From positions 8,208-23,236 of the forward strand of contig CAZEBC010000035.1 of assembly GCA_964510165.1 (NCBI GenBank): a DNA stretch of 15,029 nucleotides, read 5' to 3'. Under the pieces are notes generated by a model that saw only the letters and a list, made by a program, of their open reading frames with translations, had not been told where the DNA came from and did not search any database. How positions within the stretch are numbered: the stretch's first letter is position 1; every line of letters starts with the position of its first letter. The position numbers and the translations under genes were made by a program. This document shows, piece after piece, positions 1 through 8,693 of the stretch. This DNA comes from an uncultured bacterium. Lineage in GTDB: Bacteria > Abyssobacteria > SURF-5.

Positions 1-6
1 AATACG

Positions 7-1773
7 ATGAGCACGTATAGATATTTCGCTCCGTCGCAGCGCCAGGCGGCTGCTCCCGATGCGGAATCAATAATGGACCAGTTGGCCGAGCACATGTTCG
101 AGAAGAGCTCGCTTGAGCAGGCTCTTCTGAAACTGTCTCGGCAGGGAGTGCATCAGAGGTATTCGGACTCACTGGATGGGTTTGATCAGCTCGCGTCGCG
201 GCTCAAGCACCTGCGCCAGCAAATGCAGGAACGCTATACCCTCGACCCCTTGCTCAAACAGCTGACCGATCTTGTCCAGTCGCTCGTGCGAAGGGAACTC
301 GAGGCGCTTCAACGGGAAATCTCCGCGTCAGAGCGGGAATTGAGCGAGAAGACGGAGTCCTTCGTCAACCGGTCTGACAAACTCATCCGGAAGCTCGAGG
401 AAATGCGTGCCGGCATACGCCGCGCCAGTGCTCAGGGATGCGCGAAGCTGGAGAAGGAATTCGAGCAGCTATTCCTTGACAAGTGCGAACTCGAGGCGCG
501 GGAGAAGGCGCTGAGGCAAGAAGAGACTTCGCGCCTGGCCGCTCTTCAGCAGATTCCCAGGGGTCCCGGCCGCGCGCTCGACAAGCTGAAGAATTATGGG
601 CCGCGCGACCCGTCCGTCGGTCAGGCCTTGAAGGAACTGAGCGAGGCCGCGGACAAGATAGCGTCTCTGGAGAGAGCGCAAGTCCAACCGGGTTTTTCCG
701 GAACCGAATCCGTCGGACTGGAGGACGGCATTTCGCTTGTGAAGCGCTTGCTTGACATGGAGCGTCTTGAGGCCAGGTTGAAGAAGGGCGCCTTGAGTCC
801 AGCCGATCAATCCATATTGGTTGAACTGCTGGGGCCGGATGCGCTTGCGAATCTCGACTCCATTGTTCGGCTGAAAGAGAAACTCATGAGCGCGGGTTAC
901 CTTGATAAAGGGGACGACGGGCTGAAGTTGAGTCCGCGCGCGATACGCCGGATCGGCCAGAAAGCGCTCTCCGACATATTCTCGAAGCTGGCGCGAGGCC
1001 AGGTCGGCGGCCATCAGACGAGCTACAAGGGTGCGGGCCAGCCCGACATAGCTGCCACAAAGGCATACAGATTCGGCGATTCCTTCAATATCCATTTAAG
1101 CAGGACTTTGATGAACGCGCTTGTGCGCGATGCCGGCCGAGTGCCCGTTGACATCAGTCCGGCCGATTTCGAGGTGTTCGAGGAACAGCGGTCGGGCGGA
1201 TGCAGCAACGTTCTGATGCTGGACCTCAGCTACACCATGGCGCAGAACAGTAAACTTCAGGCTGCGAAGAAAGTGGTCTTTGCGCTCGACAGTCTCATTC
1301 GAACCCGCTTCCCGAGGGACACGCTGCACATCGTCGGTTTCGCCACGTATGCGCGGGAGTTGACCCGCGAGGAGCTTCCGCATGTCACGCTGACGTTGGG
1401 CAATCCATTCACGAATATTCAGGACGGCTTCAGGCTGGCGGAGAGGCTCATATCGCGGTACAACTGCAAGAACAGGCAGATAATCCTGATTACTGACGGC
1501 GAGCCGACTGCTTATTGCAGGAACGGCGACCTGTATGTGGATTATCCGCCCACGCCGGAGATTTTTGTCGAGACGATGAAGGAAGTCGTCCGCCTGACGC
1601 GCAAGGGAATCGTGATCAACACATTCATGCTCGACAGTCGTCCGGGGCTCATCGAGTTTGTTGAGCGAATGACCAGGACCAACAAAGGCCGCGCGTTTTT
1701 CTCCAGCCCGCACACCCTCGGCGAATATCTGCTAGTAGATTATCTGTCCCACCGCAGGCGCGTCATTAACTGA
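7..1773 (+). CDS. VWA (von Willebrand A) domain protein with a long helical/coiled-coil N-terminus; resembles the Rv0959-like VWA partners of Mg-chelatase/MoxR-type AAA+ ATPases
   Basis: 588-aa ORF. The C-terminal VWA fold has a MIDAS-like NVLMLDLSYTM (DxSxT), FTNIQDG and IILITDGEPTA. It is preceded by the LSPRAIRRIGQKALSDIF...GGH...TKAYRFGD segment typical of this family. Family call is from motif recall, not a search. Confidence 0.85.
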   Translation: MSTYRYFAPSQRQAAAPDAESIMDQLAEHMFEKSSLEQALLKLSRQGVHQRYSDSLDGFDQLASRLKHLRQQMQERYTLDPLLKQLTDLVQSLVRRELEALQREISASERELSEKTESFVNRSDKLIRKLEEMRAGIRRASAQGCAKLEKEFEQLFLDKCELEAREKALRQEETSRLAALQQIPRGPGRALDKLKNYGPRDPSVGQALKELSEAADKIASLERAQVQPGFSGTESVGLEDGISLVKRLLDMERLEARLKKGALSPADQSILVELLGPDALANLDSIVRLKEKLMSAGYLDKGDDGLKLSPRAIRRIGQKALSDIFSKLARGQVGGHQTSYKGAGQPDIAATKAYRFGDSFNIHLSRTLMNALVRDAGRVPVDISPADFEVFEEQRSGGCSNVLMLDLSYTMAQNSKLQAAKKVVFALDSLIRTRFPRDTLHIVGFATYARELTREELPHVTLTLGNPFTNIQDGFRLAERLISRYNCKNRQIILITDGEPTAYCRNGDLYVDYPPTPEIFVETMKEVVRLTRKGIVINTFMLDSRPGLIEFVERMTRTNKGRAFFSSPHTLGEYLLVDYLSHRRRVIN

Positions 1774-1785
1774 CCGAAGACGCGA

Positions 1786-1814
1786 TTGACAGCACTACCC
1801 CCGTGTGATAGAAT
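1786..1814 (+). promoter_or_regulatory. Sigma-70-type promoter for the SDR gene
   Basis: TTGACA (1786-1791), 17-nt spacer, TAGAAT (1809-1814), with TG at 1806-1807 (extended -10). It lies 12 nt past the VWA stop codon and faces the SDR gene. Confidence 0.75.
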
Positions 1815-1865
1815 CGCCGCGCATGGCAGCGTAGTGCGTTGAAATGACGATTTCTGTCGCGTTTT

Positions 1866-1946
1866 CCCCTCACCCCAACCCTCTCCCACTGGGAGAGGGC
1901 GAATACATGTTGATCTCCTCCCATTGGGAGAGGGCAGGGTGAGGGG
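1866..1946. repeat. Inverted pair of REP-like palindromic units (CCCCTCACCC..CCCTCTCCC-n3-GGGAG family)
   Basis: CCCCTCACCCCAACCCTCTCCCACTGGGAGAGGG at 1866-1899. The reverse complement of 1914-1946 reads CCCCTCACCCTGCCCTCTCCCAATGGGAGGAGA. Each unit has an internal hairpin, and the two units can also pair with each other. Confidence 0.8.
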
Positions 1947-1986
1947 ATTTGGTTGCTGTCATTAATGAAGGAGAGGAGACGGGGAA

Positions 1987-2784
1987 ATGGGCGGTCGGTT
2001 GAAGAATAAGGTGGCGATTGTGGTGGGAGCGGGATCGACGCCGGGGGATACGGTGGGAAATGGCCGCGCGACCGCAATCCTGTTCGCACGAGAGGGTGCA
2101 TCGGTCATGCTGGTTGATTTGCGGCTGGACTCGGCCGAGGAGACGAAGCGGATGATTGATGCCGAGGGCGGCAAAAGCTTCGCATTCGCGGCGAACGTCA
2201 CGCGCGCTGAGGATTGCAGGCGCATGGCCGACACATGCGTCGAGAAATACGGCAGGATCGACATTCTGCACAACAACGTCGGGATAGGCGAGGGCGGCGG
2301 GCCGGTCGAGTTGAGCGAGGAGCACTGGGACAGGGTTTTCGATACGAATCTGAAAAGCATGTTTTTGACCTGCAAGCATGTGCTGCCTTATATGGAGAAG
2401 CAGGGGAGCGGCTCGATCATTAACATCTCCTCGCTTGCGGCGATCCGTTTTGCGCCGTATCCCATGCTGCCGTACAGCGCTTCGAAGGCCGGCGTCAACG
2501 CGCTGACGCGCTCGATCGCGATGCAGTATGCGCACCAGGGCATACGCGCAAACGCGATCATGCCCGGCCTGATCAACACGCCGATGGCGATCGAGGGCAT
2601 CTCGTCTCGTCTCGGCATCGACAAGCAGGACCTCATACGGATGCGCGACGCGGCAGTCCCGATGAACCACATGGGGGAAGCGTGGGACGTCGCGTATGCT
2701 GCGCTTTTCCTGGCGTCGGATGAGTCGAAGTACATAACTGGTGTGCTGTTGCCCGTGGATGGCGGGCTCACCTGCAAGGGGTGA
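1987..2784 (+). CDS. Short-chain dehydrogenase/reductase (SDR, FabG-like NAD(P)-dependent oxidoreductase)
   Basis: 265 aa. Gly-rich VVGAGS...GNG, GRIDILHNNVG (NNAG-type), NISS catalytic Ser, YSASK (YxxxK), PGLINT and the YITGVLLPVDGG C-terminus. A purine-rich RBS (GGAGAGGAG) lies upstream. Confidence 0.95.
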   Translation: MGGRLKNKVAIVVGAGSTPGDTVGNGRATAILFAREGASVMLVDLRLDSAEETKRMIDAEGGKSFAFAANVTRAEDCRRMADTCVEKYGRIDILHNNVGIGEGGGPVELSEEHWDRVFDTNLKSMFLTCKHVLPYMEKQGSGSIINISSLAAIRFAPYPMLPYSASKAGVNALTRSIAMQYAHQGIRANAIMPGLINTPMAIEGISSRLGIDKQDLIRMRDAAVPMNHMGEAWDVAYAALFLASDESKYITGVLLPVDGGLTCKG

Positions 2785-2810
2785 GATTGCAGAAGGGCGA
2801 AGGGATTCTT

Positions 2811-2835
2811 GAGGGCGCACGCCGTGCGCCCCTAC
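2811..2835 (-). repeat. GTAG-family REP-like palindrome between convergent genes; possible terminator or mRNA stabiliser
   Basis: The minus strand reads GTAGGGGCGCACGGCGTGCGCCCTC: a GTAG head followed by the hairpin GGGCGCAC-GGC-GTGCGCCC. It sits in the 65-nt gap between the SDR and GNAT stop codons. Confidence 0.75.
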
Positions 2836-2849
2836 GAACGACCTGGCGA

Positions 2850-3980
2850 TCACACGGAGTCGAGGCCCCAGATAAAGAGCGGGATGGGGAAGGCCTTTTC
2901 GAGGATGCGGCGAGTATCCTGAGTGAGCGAAGGCAGGATGCTCGAAGCGGAGTCGGGTCCGAACAGCACCCGGACGAGATATTGAGCCTGAATGAGGGCC
3001 TCCTCAGGGCCGATGCGTATCCTCACGCCTGAATCGCAATCTGAAATCCCAAATTGCTTTCCGATTTTTTGGCTCACGTGGTCCTGTAAGAGCGCTGAGA
3101 GTCCCTGGATATCAATCACCCGCATCATGGCAAGATATTCGAAGGTTTTGGGAAGCTGCAGTTGTTCGAGCCGCCGGGTGAATTCGCTGCGCGCGGCGGG
3201 CGTGAGCACCAGGACTTCCCCGATGCTTGACGACGCCGCGAACTCCCGCACCAGACACAGCAGGTCATCGGTATCTCCGCCCCATTCATGGATGCAGAAT
3301 CGGAAATCCTCTCCCTTTCCCATGACGGCGTAGGCAGTGACGGTTCCATTCTTTGTGGCCAGGAGCGTGGTGGCCTTCGGAAGAGTGAAGTAGGCTTCGT
3401 ATTCCTCGAGCGTTCTGAGTGTTCGAAGGCCTTCACGTTCATGGATTTCCTCGATTGCCGGCAGATATCGAGATGAAAAGGGGACGATCTCGCAGGAGCA
3501 CGGGATTCGGGCGAAATCCGAGGCTTTTGCTCGGAACAGAAATTCCGAGCCGGCCATCTCATAGCCGAGAGTCCTGTAGAAATCCATCCTCTGCGTCCAG
3601 AGGACCGAAAGTTGGCAGGCGTTCTCCTGCATGATTCGCATGCAGTCGCGCAGGATGGCGCCCGCGAAGCCGCGGCCTCGATATGCCGGATGCGTGGCGA
3701 CCGAGCCGATACCGCCCACCCTGAACGTAAGTTCTCCCGAGCAAAGGTGCGAAAAATAGATGGCGGCATGCGAGACGACTTCTTTCCGTTTCACAATGAC
3801 GCGCATGTTGTCACTGTTTTTCTCGGACAAGACGAGCGGATATTCCCGGAGGATGTCTGAAGGGCCGTCGGGACGGAGAACGGAGTTGAGGAGCTTCAGG
3901 GCCGAACGACGCTCTGACGGCGCAGGCGCGCGAGGCCCCTCGAAGTGAGCCAAATCATCTTTTGCGGCGCGGCTGGCCAT
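2850..3980 (-). CDS. GNAT-family N-acetyltransferase, Eis-like (N-terminal GNAT domain plus C-terminal extension)
   Basis: 376 aa. The acetyl-CoA binding motif is VGGIGSVATHPAYRGRGFAG (R-x-x-G-x-A), followed by LSVLW...DFYRTLGY. AGAAGG lies upstream of the ATG, which is 26 nt downstream of the GT gene stop. Confidence 0.9.
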   Translation of the reverse strand: MASRAAKDDLAHFEGPRAPAPSERRSALKLLNSVLRPDGPSDILREYPLVLSEKNSDNMRVIVKRKEVVSHAAIYFSHLCSGELTFRVGGIGSVATHPAYRGRGFAGAILRDCMRIMQENACQLSVLWTQRMDFYRTLGYEMAGSEFLFRAKASDFARIPCSCEIVPFSSRYLPAIEEIHEREGLRTLRTLEEYEAYFTLPKATTLLATKNGTVTAYAVMGKGEDFRFCIHEWGGDTDDLLCLVREFAASSSIGEVLVLTPAARSEFTRRLEQLQLPKTFEYLAMMRVIDIQGLSALLQDHVSQKIGKQFGISDCDSGVRIRIGPEEALIQAQYLVRVLFGPDSASSILPSLTQDTRRILEKAFPIPLFIWGLDSV

Positions 3981-4006
3981 GCTTGCCTTCTAATCGAATG
4001 GACCCG

Positions 4007-5305
4007 TCAACTCCGTCCTGCCCGAACCGCCTCGATGTTGCGCCAAGTGTCCGCCCGCGACGGATCAAGAGCGAGCGCCTTCTCGAAGGCGGCCAGCGCC
4101 TCTTCCGTGCGTCCCATACGGGCGTGAAGCACTCCGATGTTGTTCCAAAGCGGAACGCTCTCGGAGGTCTGCTCAAGCGCCCTTTCAAGGAGGTCTCGCG
4201 CGCGGGAAAGATTGCCGTCACGCAATTCGAGCGCGCCCAAATTGAGCAAGAGCCTGATGTTGGACGGATTCATTCTGTGCGCTTGTTCCCACTCGCTCCG
4301 TGCGGCCGCCATATCTCCCTTTTTCAATCGAAGCGTTCCAAGGTTGAGCCGAGCATCTATGAGGCAGGGGCCCTCTCGGACCGCGCGCTCATAGCACTCG
4401 ATCGCGAGGTCAACCTTTCCGTTTCGCTCAAGCATTATACCACAGAGAAGCCATGCCGCAGCATATCGCGGATTTCGCTCAAGGAGCGCGCCGACTTCCT
4501 TGGCGGCGGCCTTGGAATCGCCGTCGAGATGATACAGCAGCGCGAGTTCCATACGGGCATCCTCAAAAGATGGATTGATTTCCAAAGCCTGTTTCTGGTG
4601 CTCGATGGCCTGTTTGATATCGCCGAGGATGTATCGCCTTACGACCCCCATGTCGAAATGGGTCTTCGCATTCAGCGGGTTACGAGACAGGTCCTCTTGG
4701 CAGAGACGCAGGTAGTAAAGCTGTTTCTCACGGAGCCTTGCCTCGCCTTTCTCTTCGTGGAAATGATGCAGTATGATGTCGGTGATTGCTATGACCCCGC
4801 CGCACTTGAGTATCGATTGGTCAACCTGCTCGTGCACGGCGCCGATGAATCGAAACCTCGCGTCACGCCTGAACATTCGGACGACCCTGCCCGGAATCCA
4901 ACCATCCCAGTCGCCCCCTTCTTCATAGCTATGGTCATTGGGCACCCAGCGCATGTCGTGACTGTTTCGTGAATAGCTTCGATAGGTAAATACGTATCCG
5001 TCAACGCCTCCACCCGCCAGCAAGTGGATTCTTTCGAGGTCGCGCCGAGCTATCGTCTCGTCGGCATCGAGCACCAGAATCCAGTCGCCCGTTGCGCGCT
5101 CGATTGAATGATTGCGGGCTTCGCTGAAATCATCGTTCCAGGGGTGAAGGAACACCTTGGCGCCGAGCCGTCGGGCGACTTCGGCAGTTTCGTCCGTTGA
5201 GCCGGTATCCACTACTATCATTTCATCCACGACATCGCGGATGCTGTTGAGGCAGCGCTCGATACACGCGGCCTCGTTCTTCACGATCATGCAGAGGGAG
5301 ACCAT
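4007..5305 (-). CDS. Family 2 glycosyltransferase with C-terminal TPRs (SunS/GmaR/flagellin-glycosyltransferase-like)
   Basis: VSLCMIVKNE, VVDTGSTD, WNDDFSEARN, WILVLDADE (DxD) and RFIGAVHE, then about 6 TPRs. The start is placed at ATG 5305 because it overlaps the upstream TAA (TAATG); the ORF track uses GTG 5314. Confidence 0.92.
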   Translation of the reverse strand: MVSLCMIVKNEAACIERCLNSIRDVVDEMIVVDTGSTDETAEVARRLGAKVFLHPWNDDFSEARNHSIERATGDWILVLDADETIARRDLERIHLLAGGGVDGYVFTYRSYSRNSHDMRWVPNDHSYEEGGDWDGWIPGRVVRMFRRDARFRFIGAVHEQVDQSILKCGGVIAITDIILHHFHEEKGEARLREKQLYYLRLCQEDLSRNPLNAKTHFDMGVVRRYILGDIKQAIEHQKQALEINPSFEDARMELALLYHLDGDSKAAAKEVGALLERNPRYAAAWLLCGIMLERNGKVDLAIECYERAVREGPCLIDARLNLGTLRLKKGDMAAARSEWEQAHRMNPSNIRLLLNLGALELRDGNLSRARDLLERALEQTSESVPLWNNIGVLHARMGRTEEALAAFEKALALDPSRADTWRNIEAVRAGRS

Positions 5306-8300
5306 TACGAGCACCCGGCAGGCTGGAGTTTCTTTCGATAGATATCGAACTTCTGTCGAATTGCCGTGAGGTCGAGCGGCAGGATTGTGGGCGAGATGCG
5401 GAGTTCGGCGACTTTTTCTATTAATCGGCTTGCCTCTTCCATATCGCCCTCAATGACTTTTCTTTCGCCCAGCAGGAAATAGGCGAGCCAGTTGTGAGGG
5501 AGAAGCTCGACGGCTCTTTGGAGCCACAATTCTGCGTTCACCGAATCATTGGCCTTTGCGGAGCAGTCGGACATGACTATCGCCGCCGCCCAGAAGACGT
5601 CCTTTCCGCATTCATTGAGCTTCTTTTCTCGAAGCTCCCACAGCGCCTGAAGCCAGCCGACGGCATGCTGGGCCTGTCCGCAGAACAGGAACGCTTCCGC
5701 AAGCGAAAAGAGGAGATAGGGGTCTTCGGGCTTCTCCGCCACTTCCATCGCCAGCAGTTTAAGGTTGCGCAGATTCTTTTTGAGCGCGGCGCTTTCGCCT
5801 TCGTAGCCCACATGCCGGATGGTGAAGTCGGGACAATTAACCAATTCGAGGCCGCAGTCCTTGAGACTGCCCGCGATCTGTTCATGGACGCGGCCGGTCC
5901 AAGCCAGGCCGGGGCGATTCGGGAACATCCTGAGGGAATAGTTCTTGACGCGTGTGCCGTTACGTCCGATCTGCGATTCGAGCGGAAAGAACACGCCGCA
6001 TGGGATTCCGCGGGCGATGAGCTTTCGGAGGATACTGACGGCCTCGGGGGCGATTCGGTCGTCGGCATCGAGCCAGAAAATCCATTTCCCCGCGCTGTGA
6101 ATCAGGGCCGTGTTTCTGGCGTCAGAGAAGTCATCGGTCCATGAGCGTCTGAGCACGCGAGCGCCGAGGCGTTCGGCCGTCTCGACTGTGCCGTCGCTCG
6201 AGCCGGTATCAACGACGACTATTTCATCGAAGAGATGCGCGATGGGCGTCAGCGCTTCCTTCAGGTTTTGCTCCTCGTCCTTGACAATCATGTTGAGGGT
6301 GAGGTCTGGCTGGTCTATCGGCTTCGGAACGGTCTTCATATGTGTCTGCTCCAGAATTGAGGGTGTGGTTGGGCCTTCCGCGGGAACGCTTGTTCTGACA
6401 TCTGAGAGTTTCTCAAGATTGTTCAACGCGACAGGATTTTGGGGATTGATCTCAAGGGCGCGCTCGAAATGTTCCTTGGCATGAATGATATCCCCCTCTT
6501 TTGCAAGGACTGCGCCCAAGTTAATGAGGCTCTGCACGTCGCGGGGGTTCAGTTCGAGCGCTCGTTCGAATTCCCGGCGAGCGGCGTCGAATTCGTTCTG
6601 ACCATATAACACTATCCCAAGCCCGCGATGTGCGGAATGGCTGTCGGGAGCGAGCGCCAGCGCTTTCTCGTACGCCTCTTTGGCTTCGCGGACCTGTCCG
6701 GCGGCGCGAAGTGATTCACCCAGGGCCACATGGTAGTGAGCGGTTTCGGGCGAGCGGAGTGTGGCCGCGCGGAAGGACTGGCATGCGTCGGTGTATCGGT
6801 CGAGGCGGTGCAGAATCGCGCCAAGTTCGAAATGGGCTTCGGGATTCTCGGGTTGCTCGCTCGTCTTCCGCCGGGCTGGTTCCAGGTAGGTCTTTGCCTT
6901 TTCGGCTGCCTTGTCATATCCGTAATGATGTATGGGAATGGGCGCTCTTTGAATCCCGCCGCCAATCCTGGCGAGTGACGGCTCCACAAGTTCATGAATC
7001 GCGCCCGCAAACCTTATGGCAGGCATGTTCCTGAACAGGCGAACCTTCTCCGATGGGAACCATCCGGGGTAGGAACGCGCCAGTGTGTCCGCGCCGTCCG
7101 TTGGACGCCATCCCTCGAGCGAGGAGTCGTGCGTGTAATTTCTGGTTTCAAAGCTGAATGCCGCCACGCGGGCGTTTCGGGTAAGTTCCCTCAGAGCGGC
7201 GCAATCGGGGTCGGAAATCAATTCGTCGGCGTCGAGCGCCAGAATCCATTCGCGTGTCGCCTTGCCAAGGGCGAAATTTCGGGCTGCGGCGAAGTCATTA
7301 GACCACTCGAACTCATACACATGCGCGCCGTAATTTTCGGCGATTGAGCGCGTGTTGTCGGCCGAGCCGGTGTCAACGATTATTATCTCATCGACTACTC
7401 TTGCGATTCGGGTTAACAAGAGCGGCAGATGCTCTTCCTCGTTCTTTACAATCATGCAGAGCGAGATGCCGTCGAGCCGGACGGGGGTTGTCCCAGCCCG
7501 ATGTTCATCCTCTCTTGGCATCGCTCGGCCCAGGCGGCTCAGATTCTGGCGAGCGTCGGGAAAGGAGGCGTCGAACAGGAGGGCGTTTTTGAACGCGGCC
7601 TCAGCATCGAGGATTCTTCCGCTGGCGGCAAGCAGCGCGCCAAGATTATTCCAGGCCTTTGCAGAGGGTTGCCGCTCGATCAGCCGTCGGTACAACCGCT
7701 CGGCCTCTTCGTCTTGCCGAAGTCTTTGGAGCGAGACGGCCAGGTTATACATGGCGTCCGGATTTGCCGGTTCAAGCTGGAGTACATTGCGGAATTCCGC
7801 GCTTGCTTCGTCGAGGAGTCCCTTCCTGAGGAGAGCAACGCCGAGGTCATAGCGGGCCTGCGGGAAGTCGGGCCTCAGCTCGATGGCTTTCCTGAGCGAG
7901 GTAATTGCCTTGTCGTACTGTCCGAGTTGGTTAAAGATCACTCCCAATTCGTAGTGGGCTTTGTAATCGCGAGGGTTGCTCCCGCATTTCGCCTCTGCCA
8001 GCAGGGCCATTCTTCTGATCTTCGCTCTAACAAAGCTTTCTTCTTTAAGGTAGCCGAAGTGGTGGACGACCGCGTCAAGAAATTGCGGTTGTGTGCCCGA
8101 ACGTTTCAAAGAAGGTTCGACAAGCTCATGTATCTCGCCCTCGAACCTGATGTTTCGTGACTTTTTGAACAGGCGCACTTTTCTTGATTCGACCCATCCC
8201 GCTGCGGGCTCGGGAGCGGAGGGGTGGGAGACGAAGTGTGCTGCTGAGGTGTCTGAGGTATAGTTTCTGGTTGGAAGAGAATATGCCGTTGCGCCCGGGT

Positions 8301-8655
8301 TGCGGATGGCTTCCTTTATTGTGGGAACCGCCTCGGGCGCCAATGCCTCATCGGCATCGAGGACCAGTATCCACGCGGCGCGCGCCATCTCAAGCGACAC
8401 GTTCCGCGCGCGACTGAAATCGTTTTCCCAGCGAATCTTGCGAACTCTCGCGCCGTAAGATTTCGCGATAAGAAGCGTGTTGTCGCTGGAACCCGTGTCT
8501 ACGACGTTGATTTCCGAAACCAGCCCCTTCACGCTCTCCAGGCAGCAAGCAAGGGAGGATTCCTCGTCCTTTACTATCATACAGAGAGCAATGGACTCAA
8601 TGGGACTGTTGTTGTCTTTTCCCGTAATCGCGAGTATTTTCGGGCTTGATCTCAT
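5305..8655 (-). CDS. Multi-module glycosyltransferase: three tandem [GT2 + TPR] units
   Basis: GT2 starts are IALCMIVKDEE (nt 8592), ISLCMIVKNEE (7467) and LTLNMIVKDEE (6303). Each has VDTGSxD, DFxxARN, LDAD[E/D], GxxHE and HxGY, followed by TPRs. The frame is open to ATG 8712, but that codon lies inside the sigma-28 promoter spacer, so ATG 8655 is preferred; the start is uncertain. Confidence 0.92.
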   Translation of the reverse strand: MRSSPKILAITGKDNNSPIESIALCMIVKDEESSLACCLESVKGLVSEINVVDTGSSDNTLLIAKSYGARVRKIRWENDFSRARNVSLEMARAAWILVLDADEALAPEAVPTIKEAIRNPGATAYSLPTRNYTSDTSAAHFVSHPSAPEPAAGWVESRKVRLFKKSRNIRFEGEIHELVEPSLKRSGTQPQFLDAVVHHFGYLKEESFVRAKIRRMALLAEAKCGSNPRDYKAHYELGVIFNQLGQYDKAITSLRKAIELRPDFPQARYDLGVALLRKGLLDEASAEFRNVLQLEPANPDAMYNLAVSLQRLRQDEEAERLYRRLIERQPSAKAWNNLGALLAASGRILDAEAAFKNALLFDASFPDARQNLSRLGRAMPREDEHRAGTTPVRLDGISLCMIVKNEEEHLPLLLTRIARVVDEIIIVDTGSADNTRSIAENYGAHVYEFEWSNDFAAARNFALGKATREWILALDADELISDPDCAALRELTRNARVAAFSFETRNYTHDSSLEGWRPTDGADTLARSYPGWFPSEKVRLFRNMPAIRFAGAIHELVEPSLARIGGGIQRAPIPIHHYGYDKAAEKAKTYLEPARRKTSEQPENPEAHFELGAILHRLDRYTDACQSFRAATLRSPETAHYHVALGESLRAAGQVREAKEAYEKALALAPDSHSAHRGLGIVLYGQNEFDAARREFERALELNPRDVQSLINLGAVLAKEGDIIHAKEHFERALEINPQNPVALNNLEKLSDVRTSVPAEGPTTPSILEQTHMKTVPKPIDQPDLTLNMIVKDEEQNLKEALTPIAHLFDEIVVVDTGSSDGTVETAERLGARVLRRSWTDDFSDARNTALIHSAGKWIFWLDADDRIAPEAVSILRKLIARGIPCGVFFPLESQIGRNGTRVKNYSLRMFPNRPGLAWTGRVHEQIAGSLKDCGLELVNCPDFTIRHVGYEGESAALKKNLRNLKLLAMEVAEKPEDPYLLFSLAEAFLFCGQAQHAVGWLQALWELREKKLNECGKDVFWAAAIVMSDCSAKANDSVNAELWLQRAVELLPHNWLAYFLLGERKVIEGDMEEASRLIEKVAELRISPTILPLDLTAIRQKFDIYRKKLQPAGCS

Positions 8656-8693
8656 ACATGTATGGGGTTGGCAATGCGAATCCACTGGTGTCT

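Noticed and set aside
1870-2853. 327-aa antisense ORF over the SDR, and similar long shadow ORFs (469-1095, 1096-1713, 3962-4972, 5494-6144, 7429-8160, 9469-10326, 12313-13035, 13548-14177)
   Set aside because: They overlap well-supported genes on the opposite strand and carry no recognisable motifs, as expected from GC-rich codon bias. The SPSPSGRGLG end of 1870-2853 is just the translated repeat.
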